The notes: a model not told the origin generated them from the sequence alone. Counted from the stretch's first letter, positions 28,592 through 36,364 are shown. The stretch is 64,000 bases of DNA from an uncultured Gammaproteobacteria bacterium (GCA_964599625.1 CAZRGC010000003.1:97759-161758); one strand, 5' to 3'. Numbers and translations: made by a program.

Positions 28592-30763
28592 ATGGCAGAA
28601 GTTGCAAAGAAAAAGGCAAGTATTGTTATGACGGCCACCAAGGACCGTGTAGTTTCCTATGAAAAAATTAGAAACATAGGAATTATTGCCCACATCGACG
28701 CAGGAAAAACTACAACAACAGAGAGGCTTCTTTATGAAACAGGCAGGACCTACAAATTGGGGAGTGTCGATGATGGAACCACAGTTACAGATTGGATGGC
28801 CCAAGAAAGGGAGCGTGGGATCACAATTGTTTCTGCTGCAATCACCGCTTTTTGGGACCTTAAAACAGATTCGTCTGTAGAAGCTGGTCATTACAGAATT
28901 AACCTTATTGATACACCAGGCCACATCGACTTTACTGCAGAGGTAGAAAGAAGTTTGAGAGTTCTAGACGGTGCTGTAATGGTATTTGATGGAAGGACAG
29001 GTGTTGAGTCCCAATCCGAAACAGTTTGGAGACAGGCAGATAAATACAACGTCCCAAGAATTTGTGTTCTAAATAAACTCAACTTGATTGGAGCTGACTT
29101 TGAAAGCTCAATCCAATCAATCAGAGAAAGACTCAAGGCAAATGCATCCCCGGTAGTAGTTCCAATTGGTCAAGAACACGACCACAGAGGTGTTGTGAAC
29201 CTTATTACAATGAAAGCTTTGACATTCAAAGCTATCGAAGACCACGAACTTACAGAAGGAGAAATTCCTGCAGAAGTTGCCGACATGGCCCAAAAATACA
29301 GAGCCGAACTAATTGAAAAGGTTTCAGAATTTGACGACGAAGCTCTTAACATGTTTTTGGAAGGAAAAGAACCGGATGAAATAACTCTTAAGCGGGCAAT
29401 CAGAAAAGGAGTTATTGCCGGCAAGTTCTTCCCCGTATTTGGTGGAGACAACAGAACTGCAGAAAGCCAGTTGCTTTTGAACGGGGTTGTGGAATTTTTG
29501 CCGTCTCCAATCGACGTTCCACCTGTGGTCGGTTCAAATCCCAAGACCGGAGAAGAAGAAAAAAGAGAAAGAAAGAACGAAGCTCCGCTTTCCGCTTTGG
29601 CATTCAAGGTTATCACGGATCCTCATGTAGGACGATTGGTTTATATGAGAGTTTATTCCGGAACACTCAAAACAGGACAAGAAGTCTATAACTCATCCAA
29701 ACAAAAATACGAAAGAATTGGAAAACTGGTTCTTTTGCACGCTGACCAAAGAGAGCTTATTGAAGAAGCATTCGCAGGAGAAATTGTTGCGGTTGTCGGT
29801 GTAAAAGATACTTCTACAGGTGATACGGTTTGTGATTCGGATCATCCAATATTCTTGGAGTCAATTTCGTTCCCAGAACCTGTCATATCACTGGCAATCG
29901 AACCCGCAACCAAATCTGATCAAGAAAAAATGGGAATTGCCCTTTCCAAGCTTTCGGACGAAGATCCAACCTTTAGAATCAAAAGCAATCCCGAGACAGG
30001 GCAGACAATTATCTCCGGTATGGGTGAGTTGCAGCTAGAGGTTTTGGTAGACCGTATGAAACGGGAATTCAATGTTGTCGCTAATACCGGTGCTCCGCAG
30101 GTTGCGTACAAAGAAACAATCAAAAAATCAGGCGATGGAGAAGGAAAATACATCAGACAAACAGGAGGACGCGGACAGTATGGACACTGTCTCCTTAGAC
30201 TTGAACCTTTGGGCAGGGGTGAGGGTTTTGAATTCAAGAGTGAAATCAAAGGAGGGGCAATTCCACAAGAATACATTGGGCCAATCGAAAAAGGTGTCAA
30301 AGAAAAGATGGAGAATGGAGTTTTGGCGGGCTTTCCTATGGTTGACATGAGAGTTGTCGTTTATGACGGATCATTCCACGAAGTTGACTCTTCTGAAATG
30401 GCCTTCAAGATTGCAGGATCGATGGCTCTTGAGGATGGTTTCAAAAAATCAGATCCGGGACTTTTGGAGCCCATAATGAAGATAGAGGTTTTCACCCCAG
30501 GTGAATTCATGGGAGATGTCATAGGAGACCTTTCTAGTAAACGTGCACAAATTTCAGGGTCCGAAGAAAAAGCGGGAGAAACAGTTATCTACGGCAGTGT
30601 TCCTTTGGCCGAGCTTTCTGGTTATGCAACCAAACTTAGGTCGTTGACTCAGGGTCGTGCCAGGGCCTATGTGGAGCCGTCACACTATGACGACGTTCCT
30701 TCGCATATAGCCGCGCAGGTTATAGAAAAGGCAGGTAAAGTTACAATGGCCAGGGGCCAGTAA
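28592..30763 (+). CDS. fusA: elongation factor G
   Basis: 723 aa with AHIDAGKTTTTERLL, DTPGHIDF and NKLN. Confidence 0.97.
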   Translation: MAEVAKKKASIVMTATKDRVVSYEKIRNIGIIAHIDAGKTTTTERLLYETGRTYKLGSVDDGTTVTDWMAQERERGITIVSAAITAFWDLKTDSSVEAGHYRINLIDTPGHIDFTAEVERSLRVLDGAVMVFDGRTGVESQSETVWRQADKYNVPRICVLNKLNLIGADFESSIQSIRERLKANASPVVVPIGQEHDHRGVVNLITMKALTFKAIEDHELTEGEIPAEVADMAQKYRAELIEKVSEFDDEALNMFLEGKEPDEITLKRAIRKGVIAGKFFPVFGGDNRTAESQLLLNGVVEFLPSPIDVPPVVGSNPKTGEEEKRERKNEAPLSALAFKVITDPHVGRLVYMRVYSGTLKTGQEVYNSSKQKYERIGKLVLLHADQRELIEEAFAGEIVAVVGVKDTSTGDTVCDSDHPIFLESISFPEPVISLAIEPATKSDQEKMGIALSKLSDEDPTFRIKSNPETGQTIISGMGELQLEVLVDRMKREFNVVANTGAPQVAYKETIKKSGDGEGKYIRQTGGRGQYGHCLLRLEPLGRGEGFEFKSEIKGGAIPQEYIGPIEKGVKEKMENGVLAGFPMVDMRVVVYDGSFHEVDSSEMAFKIAGSMALEDGFKKSDPGLLEPIMKIEVFTPGEFMGDVIGDLSSKRAQISGSEEKAGETVIYGSVPLAELSGYATKLRSLTQGRARAYVEPSHYDDVPSHIAAQVIEKAGKVTMARGQ

Positions 30764-30805
30764 AGTATTTGACTTAAAAACCCCGCGGTGTAAACTGAAT
30801 TAAGT

Positions 30806-31600
30806 ATGAATTTCTTTAAGAAAGTTGCTTCTAGTGTTTATTCCCCGGAGTTCTATTCCCAAATACCCAAAATGACACTTGGTTCTGTGTTGGGTTATTT
30901 TTTCTTGCTGCTTCTAGTGGTCGAACTTGTCATGTTTGGCAAAAGCATGCCGGAGTTTATGTTTGGTTTCTCAGGAAAGATAAAATCTACAATAAGCGAG
31001 GTTATCGACACTTATCCCAGTAATTTGGTTTTGACAATCAAAGATGGAGCGCTTTCCACCAATGTTAAGGAGCCTTACTACCTTATGGATAAAACCAACA
31101 ACAAGTTCGCGGTTATAGACACAAAAACTGCATACTCTGCCGATCAATTTAAAAAGTACAACGTACCGGTCTGGGTTACCAAAGATACTGTTTTTTACCA
31201 AGACAGCGACCAAATCAAGAGCAATAGTTTTGTAGAGATGAAAGATATGGTGGTAAACAAAGAACTTGTAAACAGTTTTTCTGCCAAAATATCTCCCTGG
31301 ATTCCATATTTTGGCCCTGTTGTTATGATTTTTGCACTCGTAACTCTTTACGCCCTCCAATCTTTCAGACTGGTTTATGGGTTTTTCCTTGCACTTTTAA
31401 TTTTGCTGGTTGCCAAAATGACCAAGAAAAGTCTGACGTATAAAGAATCTTACAAAGTAGGGATATTTGCCATGACACTACCCTTTATTTTAGAAGCGCT
31501 TAATACCTATATCGGTTGGAAGGCTTTTCCGTTCACTTTTACTATAATTGCACTTATTGTTGTTGGCGTAAATTTTGCAGGATCCAACTCGAAGAAGTAG
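30806..31600 (+). CDS. DUF1189-like polytopic membrane protein
   Basis: 264 aa. The N-terminus MNFFKKVASSVYSPEFYSQIPKMTLGSVLGYFFLLLLV follows the DUF1189 pattern. C-terminal TM helices are present. Confidence 0.45.
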   Translation: MNFFKKVASSVYSPEFYSQIPKMTLGSVLGYFFLLLLVVELVMFGKSMPEFMFGFSGKIKSTISEVIDTYPSNLVLTIKDGALSTNVKEPYYLMDKTNNKFAVIDTKTAYSADQFKKYNVPVWVTKDTVFYQDSDQIKSNSFVEMKDMVVNKELVNSFSAKISPWIPYFGPVVMIFALVTLYALQSFRLVYGFFLALLILLVAKMTKKSLTYKESYKVGIFAMTLPFILEALNTYIGWKAFPFTFTIIALIVVGVNFAGSNSKK

Positions 31601-31610
31601 AATATTCCTA

Positions 31611-31640
31611 TTGACAGCTTTATTTAGGCTCAATTATAAT
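31611..31640 (+). promoter_or_regulatory. sigma70-like promoter upstream of tuf
   Basis: TTGACA (31611-31616), an 18-nt spacer, then TATAAT (31635-31640). Confidence 0.55.
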
Positions 31641-31683
31641 TGCTCTAGGTAATTAGATTTCTTAGAGAAATCATAATAACTTT

Positions 31684-31710
31684 GGAGGCTAAATATGCCT
31701 CTTGTTTTTT
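31684..31710 (+). promoter_or_regulatory. short hairpin + U-rich tract in the tuf leader
   Basis: GAGGC (31685-31689) pairs with GCCTC (31697-31701), loop TAAATAT. TTGTTTTTT follows. Confidence 0.3.
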
Positions 31711-31754
31711 GAAAGACAGTTATTTATACTAGCATTTCGGTAAAATTAAAAAAA

Positions 31755-32945
31755 ATGGCAGACGCAAAACAAAAATTTGATCGCAGCAAACCACACGTAA
31801 ACATTGGTACTATTGGTCACGTTGATCACGGAAAGACAACCTTGACCTCTGCTATCACCATGGTTCTTGCCAAGCAAGGACTCGCCACAGCTAAGAAATA
31901 CGAAGACATCGATTCAGCCCCAGAAGAGAAAGAAAGAGGAGTTACAATCAACCTTTCTCACCAAGAATACCAAACAGCAAAAAGACACTATGCTCATATT
32001 GACGCTCCTGGCCATGCCGACTATATCAAGAACATGATTACCGGTGCAGCACAAATGGACGGAGCAATTCTGGTTGTTTCCGCAGCAGACGGACCCATGC
32101 CTCAGACAAGAGAACACGTTATTTTGGCCAGACAGGTTAACGTGCCAGCTTTGGTAGTTTTCCTCAACAAATGTGATACAGTTGATGATCCAGAAATTAT
32201 CGACTTGGTAGAAGCAGACGTAAGAGAACTTCTCAAAAAATACGAATACCCAGGAGATGAAGTTCCTGTAATTCGAGGTTCCGCTCTCAAAGCAGTCGAA
32301 GGCGACGCAGAAGCAGAAAAGAAGATCACAGAGCTCATGGATGCAGTAGACAGCTACATCCCTGATCCTGTAAGACAAACAGATAAACCTTTCTTAATGC
32401 CTGTTGAAGACGTATTTACAATTTCAGGACGCGGAACAGTTGTTACAGGTAGAGTAGAACGCGGAGTTATCAAAGTTAACGAAGAAATTGAAATAGTTGG
32501 TATCAAAGACACAGCAAAGTCAGTTGTCACAGGTCTTGAGATGTTCAGGAAGACTTTGGACGAGGCTATGGCAGGTGACAACGTTGGAGTTCTTCTAAGA
32601 GGTGTAGAAAAAGATCAAGTAGAAAGAGGACAAGTTCTCGCAAAGTCGGGAAGTGTTACTCCGCACACAGAATTTGAAGCAGAAGTTTATATTCTTTCAA
32701 AGGAAGAAGGAGGAAGACACACGCCTTTCTTTACAGGTTACAAACCTCAGTTTTATATTAGGACTGCAGATGTAACAGGAGAAGCAACACTCCCCGAAGG
32801 AATCGAAATGGTTATGCCTGGCGACAACGCTAAGATGAAAGTCAAACTTATTCAGCCAGTAGCTCTCGAGGAAGGTCTTAGGTTTGCAATCAGAGAAGGC
32901 GGACACACAGTAGGTGCAGGAGTTATCACCAAGGTACTTGTATAA
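31755..32945 (+). CDS. tuf: elongation factor Tu
   Basis: 396 aa with [18 protein letters not shown] and NKCD. Confidence 0.98.
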   Translation: MADAKQKFDRSKPHVNIGTIGHVDHGKTTLTSAITMVLAKQGLATAKKYEDIDSAPEEKERGVTINLSHQEYQTAKRHYAHIDAPGHADYIKNMITGAAQMDGAILVVSAADGPMPQTREHVILARQVNVPALVVFLNKCDTVDDPEIIDLVEADVRELLKKYEYPGDEVPVIRGSALKAVEGDAEAEKKITELMDAVDSYIPDPVRQTDKPFLMPVEDVFTISGRGTVVTGRVERGVIKVNEEIEIVGIKDTAKSVVTGLEMFRKTLDEAMAGDNVGVLLRGVEKDQVERGQVLAKSGSVTPHTEFEAEVYILSKEEGGRHTPFFTGYKPQFYIRTADVTGEATLPEGIEMVMPGDNAKMKVKLIQPVALEEGLRFAIREGGHTVGAGVITKVLV

Positions 32946-32985
32946 CCGCTAAAAGCTTTCACGCTTCTAGCTCTTTCATAAGGAT

Positions 32986-33291
32986 ATGGCAATTAGACTA
33001 AGAGTCAAACTTAAAAGTTATGACCACAGGGTCTTAGATGAAGCAGCCGGTAAAATTATAGATACCGCGCTATCATCTGGTGCAAAAATTGTCGGTCCTA
33101 TTCCTCTCCCCACAAACCGCAGCGTAATGGCAATCAAAGAATCACCATTTACGGACAAAGACGCTCAGGAACACTTTGAAGTTCTAACCCACAAAAGACT
33201 TATTGATATTTTGGACCCAACCCCCAGAACTGTTGATTCTTTGGGCAACCTCGACCTCCCTGCGGGAGTTTCTATCGAGATTAAGATGTAA
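32986..33291 (+). CDS. rpsJ: 30S ribosomal protein S10
   Basis: 101 aa: [35 protein letters not shown]. Confidence 0.97.
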   Translation: MAIRLRVKLKSYDHRVLDEAAGKIIDTALSSGAKIVGPIPLPTNRSVMAIKESPFTDKDAQEHFEVLTHKRLIDILDPTPRTVDSLGNLDLPAGVSIEIKM

Positions 33292-33318
33292 GGCCTCTTG
33301 TTCGACCAAACCCCATAG

Positions 33319-33346
33319 TTGGAATAACTGAACTACCTGATATAAT
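33319..33346 (+). promoter_or_regulatory. island promoter P-A (preceded by a CCCATAGTT box)
   Basis: CCCCATAGTTGGAA, with -35 TTGGAA (33319-33324), a 16-nt spacer, then TGA-TATAAT (33341-33346). Confidence 0.55.
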
Positions 33347-33398
33347 GCCAATGTCTGAATTAAGTTAGATCTTTGTACAATCAAAAAGGAATTTGACT

Positions 33399-33701
33399 AT
33401 GGATCCGATAAGAGTAGTTGTTGCAGTGGATGGCGACAAGGCAAAGTTCCACACCACTTTTCCGTTGGACGTGTATTTACCAGGACGACAAAAAAGGTCT
33501 GAAAAAGGCCAGGAGCTGGTAAACAAGTTGAAAGAGGTCAAGGGTATTAAAAACGAAGAGTTGGATATCTGGATCTACGAATATGAAATTTCGGCCAATA
33601 AGCTACACGCCTTTAAATGGAAGGATGAGGTCGCACCTGCTGTAGTTGAGGTTCTCAAGACCTTTTACAATCTCGGCACAGTCGAAATTGTATACGAATA
33701 A
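33399..33701 (+). CDS. island ORF A, orphan protein (100 aa); weak Nfu_N-like pattern
   Basis: ATG at 33399 with AAAGGAA 7 nt upstream. No family recognised. The EKGQELVNKLKEVKGI...WKDEVAPAVVEVL pattern is shared with ORF D. Confidence 0.6.
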   Translation: MDPIRVVVAVDGDKAKFHTTFPLDVYLPGRQKRSEKGQELVNKLKEVKGIKNEELDIWIYEYEISANKLHAFKWKDEVAPAVVEVLKTFYNLGTVEIVYE

Positions 33702-33735
33702 TACCCTGTCCGAATATCTGTTGTGTTAGTTTTTG

Positions 33736-33771
33736 CTCCGCTTTGTGGAAATTTCCCGGGCGGAGTTTTTT
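33736..33771 (+). terminator. island terminator, junction copy alpha
   Basis: CTCCGC (33736-33741) pairs with GCGGAG (33760-33765). The inner palindrome is GGAAATTTCC. T6 follows at 33766-33771. Confidence 0.8.
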
Positions 33772-33793
33772 GTGGCCAACATTAGTCCCATAG

Positions 33794-33823
33794 TTGGATT
33801 TATGGTGGTTAATCTGCTAGAAT
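33794..33823 (+). promoter_or_regulatory. island promoter P-B
   Basis: CCCATAGTTGGAT, with -35 TTGGAT (33794-33799), an 18-nt spacer, then TGC-TAGAAT (33818-33823). Confidence 0.55.
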
Positions 33824-33866
33824 CCGCTAGCACGTTGAATTATTACAGAACGTCCTTGGAGGAACA

Positions 33867-35015
33867 ATGATTCTTGGACTGAAATTAACTGTCGAAAACG
33901 ACGATATTGTCGACATTGGCGGAGATTTGTACGTCAAAAACTCCAAAGCCATGAAGCGTCTTCACAGGGAGCTTCGCTACCTGGGATACCAAATCGACAA
34001 CTTGCGGCACGATAAATACCGCTTGGACAAGGGAGCCACCCCGCGCGAAATGGAAAAAGGTGGTTGGTCGCTTTGGTTTGCCAAGTTACCCAATATCAGA
34101 CGTGGTGTCTGTGGAAGCTGTGGAGCAACCATTTCCACTCTCGGCATTCAGTCACACGGCCACAAATGCGAGAGGTGCGGCGAAGTGACCTACTGGGAAA
34201 TGGTGGAAGGATCAGTAATCCGGTTCGTCTTTTTGCAAAAAGAGGGCCGTGGAATGTGGGATCCCGAGCTTAAGATGAAAGTGCACCATTGGGATACGCG
34301 TGAAGGGCTTTTATATCTTTACCCGGAAGCCTTGGAAGGTGGCCTTTCGACTGTGACGGGAGATACAGCACGGCAGTACTTGGGCAATAACCACGAAAAG
34401 TGGAATGTAGTCACGATCGATGGCCAAAAAATTATCGTGATCAAGTACCCCAAGCAGTGGCGGCGCGATACGGCTGTTATCGAACCTTATGAGATTTACG
34501 GTCATCAGTGGAATCACAAGATCGTCAAAATCTACAAAGGTAAACATTACAGTGACTGGGACCGGCTCCCTGTTCCCGAGACATTTTCTATCTACGAAAC
34601 CTGGCACTGGGACAAGCTTGTGGCTTCGCCAACATTGCACAGGCGTGTATTGCAGGCTGTTCACAACACCGATGACAAGGGTTGGCACTACCAAGACGGT
34701 CGTCCCTGGTTTAGAGAAGGAAGCTGGAAGGGCATGGCAAAGTTTATTCGCCATTTTACAGCCCTTGATGCTGATGCCTTTGACCGAGCCTGGCCACGTT
34801 TCAGAAACGACGGTCCCGGCGGGATCGACGACTTGGCACACTTCTGTCACCCCAAAGCCATCACTCGTGATGAGCCAAACATAGGTAATGTTCTTGTTGC
34901 CATGGGGAAACGCATGGAAAATAAGTCTCTCACGCGCGATGAGATCGAAGCAGCCAAACGCGGCTTGAGCGATCCATTGACGGGTGATTTTTTACGTTCC
35001 CTGCGTAAGCGTTAG
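33867..35015 (+). CDS. island ORF B, orphan Trp-rich protein with a CxxC..CxxC zinc ribbon (382 aa)
   Basis: GGAGG lies 4 nt upstream of the ATG. It contains CGSCGATISTLGIQSHGHKCERCG and many Trp residues (WHW, WDxxW). No family recognised. Confidence 0.7.
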   Translation: MILGLKLTVENDDIVDIGGDLYVKNSKAMKRLHRELRYLGYQIDNLRHDKYRLDKGATPREMEKGGWSLWFAKLPNIRRGVCGSCGATISTLGIQSHGHKCERCGEVTYWEMVEGSVIRFVFLQKEGRGMWDPELKMKVHHWDTREGLLYLYPEALEGGLSTVTGDTARQYLGNNHEKWNVVTIDGQKIIVIKYPKQWRRDTAVIEPYEIYGHQWNHKIVKIYKGKHYSDWDRLPVPETFSIYETWHWDKLVASPTLHRRVLQAVHNTDDKGWHYQDGRPWFREGSWKGMAKFIRHFTALDADAFDRAWPRFRNDGPGGIDDLAHFCHPKAITRDEPNIGNVLVAMGKRMENKSLTRDEIEAAKRGLSDPLTGDFLRSLRKR

Positions 35016-35028
35016 TTTTGGAGTCTCA

Positions 35029-35064
35029 CTCCGCCTTGTGGAAATTTCCCGGGCGGAGTTTTTT
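35029..35064 (+). terminator. island terminator, junction copy beta
   Basis: CTCCGC (35029-35034) pairs with GCGGAG (35053-35058). T6 follows at 35059-35064. It is near-identical to copies alpha and gamma. Confidence 0.8.
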
Positions 35065-35087
35065 GTGGCTAAAATAAGCCCCATAGT

Positions 35088-35116
35088 TTGACATAACTTT
35101 GAACCTTTGATATATT
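35088..35116 (+). promoter_or_regulatory. island promoter P-C
   Basis: CCCATAGTTTGACA, with -35 TTGACA (35088-35093), a 17-nt spacer, then TGA-TATATT (35111-35116). Confidence 0.65.
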
Positions 35117-35156
35117 CACAAGGTTTATTTGCACATTATGGTTAAAAGGAGAGACT

Positions 35157-35660
35157 ATGGGAATTACCCATGCAGAGGGTGTTGACTTGCAAGAGTGGGC
35201 GAATGCTCACAAACCGGATGATGACTTGATTTACAGGGATGGTTATTGGCATCAAATCATCTTTGTCCGGGATCGCTTGCCACAGCCGCTTTTTGGCTCA
35301 TACGAAGAGTACAAAGCCAATCCGGTACGCGTGGTGGGTGATCATACAAGCAAATCAGTACTCCTTCCTGTTTACAGTATCAAATTTGCTCCTCTCGAAA
35401 TTCGGATGCGTTACAACTTTTACGACTGGAAAGTGAGTGTGGTATCTCAAGTTCCCATCAGGTCGAACTTTTACCCGTTCCTTTTTAGAGATGAAGCTGT
35501 GCACCCGGTTTATTTTGAGGGTTTTACCAATGACTGGGTTTTTGGCTCCTACTCTGCCGACAACACCAAATTTTCTGTTGAAATTAGCAACGAACACATG
35601 TTGTTCGCTTTCATGGCTATTTTAGCGGGTGATTTGGGCTTGGGAGGCAATAAGAAGTAG
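35157..35660 (+). CDS. island ORF C, orphan aromatic-rich protein (167 aa)
   Basis: AAGGAGAG lies 3 nt upstream of the ATG. No TM segment or signal peptide, and no family recognised. Confidence 0.65.
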   Translation: MGITHAEGVDLQEWANAHKPDDDLIYRDGYWHQIIFVRDRLPQPLFGSYEEYKANPVRVVGDHTSKSVLLPVYSIKFAPLEIRMRYNFYDWKVSVVSQVPIRSNFYPFLFRDEAVHPVYFEGFTNDWVFGSYSADNTKFSVEISNEHMLFAFMAILAGDLGLGGNKK

Positions 35661-35672
35661 TTTGGAGCTCAA

Positions 35673-35708
35673 CTCCGCTTTGTGGAAATTTCCCGAGCGG
35701 AGTTTTTT
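35673..35708 (+). terminator. island terminator, junction copy gamma
   Basis: CTCCGC (35673-35678) pairs with GCGGAG (35697-35702). T6 follows at 35703-35708. Confidence 0.8.
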
Positions 35709-35731
35709 GTGGCAAAAACAAGTCCCATAGT

Positions 35732-35761
35732 TTGACAAAGCCTCGAATATGGTTTTATAAT
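35732..35761 (+). promoter_or_regulatory. island promoter P-D
   Basis: CCCATAGTTTGACA, with -35 TTGACA (35732-35737), an 18-nt spacer, then TATAAT (35756-35761). Confidence 0.65.
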
Positions 35762-35805
35762 CATCTGTTGTCAGAAATTTGTACTTTACAAAAAATAGCT
35801 TGGCA

Positions 35806-35846
35806 GGCAGCTTTTTACCCGTAAAATTTATGGTTGAAAAGCTGCC
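35806..35846 (+). promoter_or_regulatory. 10-bp perfect stem in the ~155-nt 5' UTR of ORF D
   Basis: GGCAGCTTTT (35806-35815) pairs with AAAAGCTGCC (35837-35846), with a 21-nt loop. Confidence 0.5.
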
Positions 35847-35922
35847 TACGGATGATAGTGAGGCGTATGGGAGCACTCCTAAAACAAAAACCAAATAAAA
35901 ATTAGAAAGTAACAGGAGCAAA

Positions 35923-36300
35923 ATGTCTCAATCTCAAAAGCGCGTTTCCGAACGCGAGGTACCCGAAGTCAATCCCAACAAGAGGTTTTTCCCAGACTTT
36001 CCTCTTTGCAACGACACGGCTACCCACACAAGCTATTCATACAGGAACAAGAAGGATGTCGGTGAAAAGGGTGTCGCCTTGGTAGAGGCTGTTTTGGCAA
36101 TCCACGGCGTGATCGATCTGACGATCTCAAAGAATGAACTTCGGGTCGTCAAACAACCTGCCCACACCTGGGAAGAGGTTACACCTTTGATCCACAATGC
36201 TTTCAGGCATGTTTACGGCGACGATATCAAATTTATCGGAGAAAACAAGGCTATTTTGGCCTACAGACGTCTCCGAGTTGCCATGAACGTGGCTAAGTAA
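35923..36300 (+). CDS. island ORF D, orphan protein (125 aa); weak Nfu_N-like pattern
   Basis: AGGAG lies 4 nt upstream of the ATG. EKGVALVEAVLAIHGVIDLTISKNELRVVKQPAHTWEEVTPLI resembles the Nfu/NifU N-terminal domain text and ORF A. Confidence 0.65.
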   Translation: MSQSQKRVSEREVPEVNPNKRFFPDFPLCNDTATHTSYSYRNKKDVGEKGVALVEAVLAIHGVIDLTISKNELRVVKQPAHTWEEVTPLIHNAFRHVYGDDIKFIGENKAILAYRRLRVAMNVAK

Positions 36301-36315
36301 CATCAATGGCCTTCC

Positions 36316-36347
36316 GGCCCAAATCTCACAAGGTTTGGGCCTTTTTT
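36316..36347 (+). terminator. strong rho-independent terminator closing the island
   Basis: GGCCCAAATCT (36316-36326) pairs with AGGTTTGGGCC (36331-36341), loop CACA. T6 follows, and the TTTTTTGTGG tail is shared with the junction repeats. Confidence 0.85.
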
Positions 36348-36364
36348 GTGGGTTTGACCCGTGC

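Noticed and set aside
34311-34884. Long alternative-frame ORFs lie inside island ORF B (34311-34850 on the - strand, 179 aa; 34489-34884 on the + strand, 131 aa).
   Set aside because: They lie entirely within the 382-aa ORF, which has the strong SD, promoter and terminator. The higher local G+C simply removes stop codons in other frames. Neither has start signals.
33736-35737. The three ~65-bp junction repeats might be a CRISPR array or integron attC sites.
   Set aside because: The repeat spacing is 0.6-1.3 kb and the intervals are protein-coding with their own SD and promoter, so this is not a CRISPR array. There are no cas genes. The imperfect palindrome superficially recalls attC. However, there is no intI integrase or attI in the window, the GTTRRRY core is matched in only one copy (GTTGGAT), and integron cassettes are normally promoterless.
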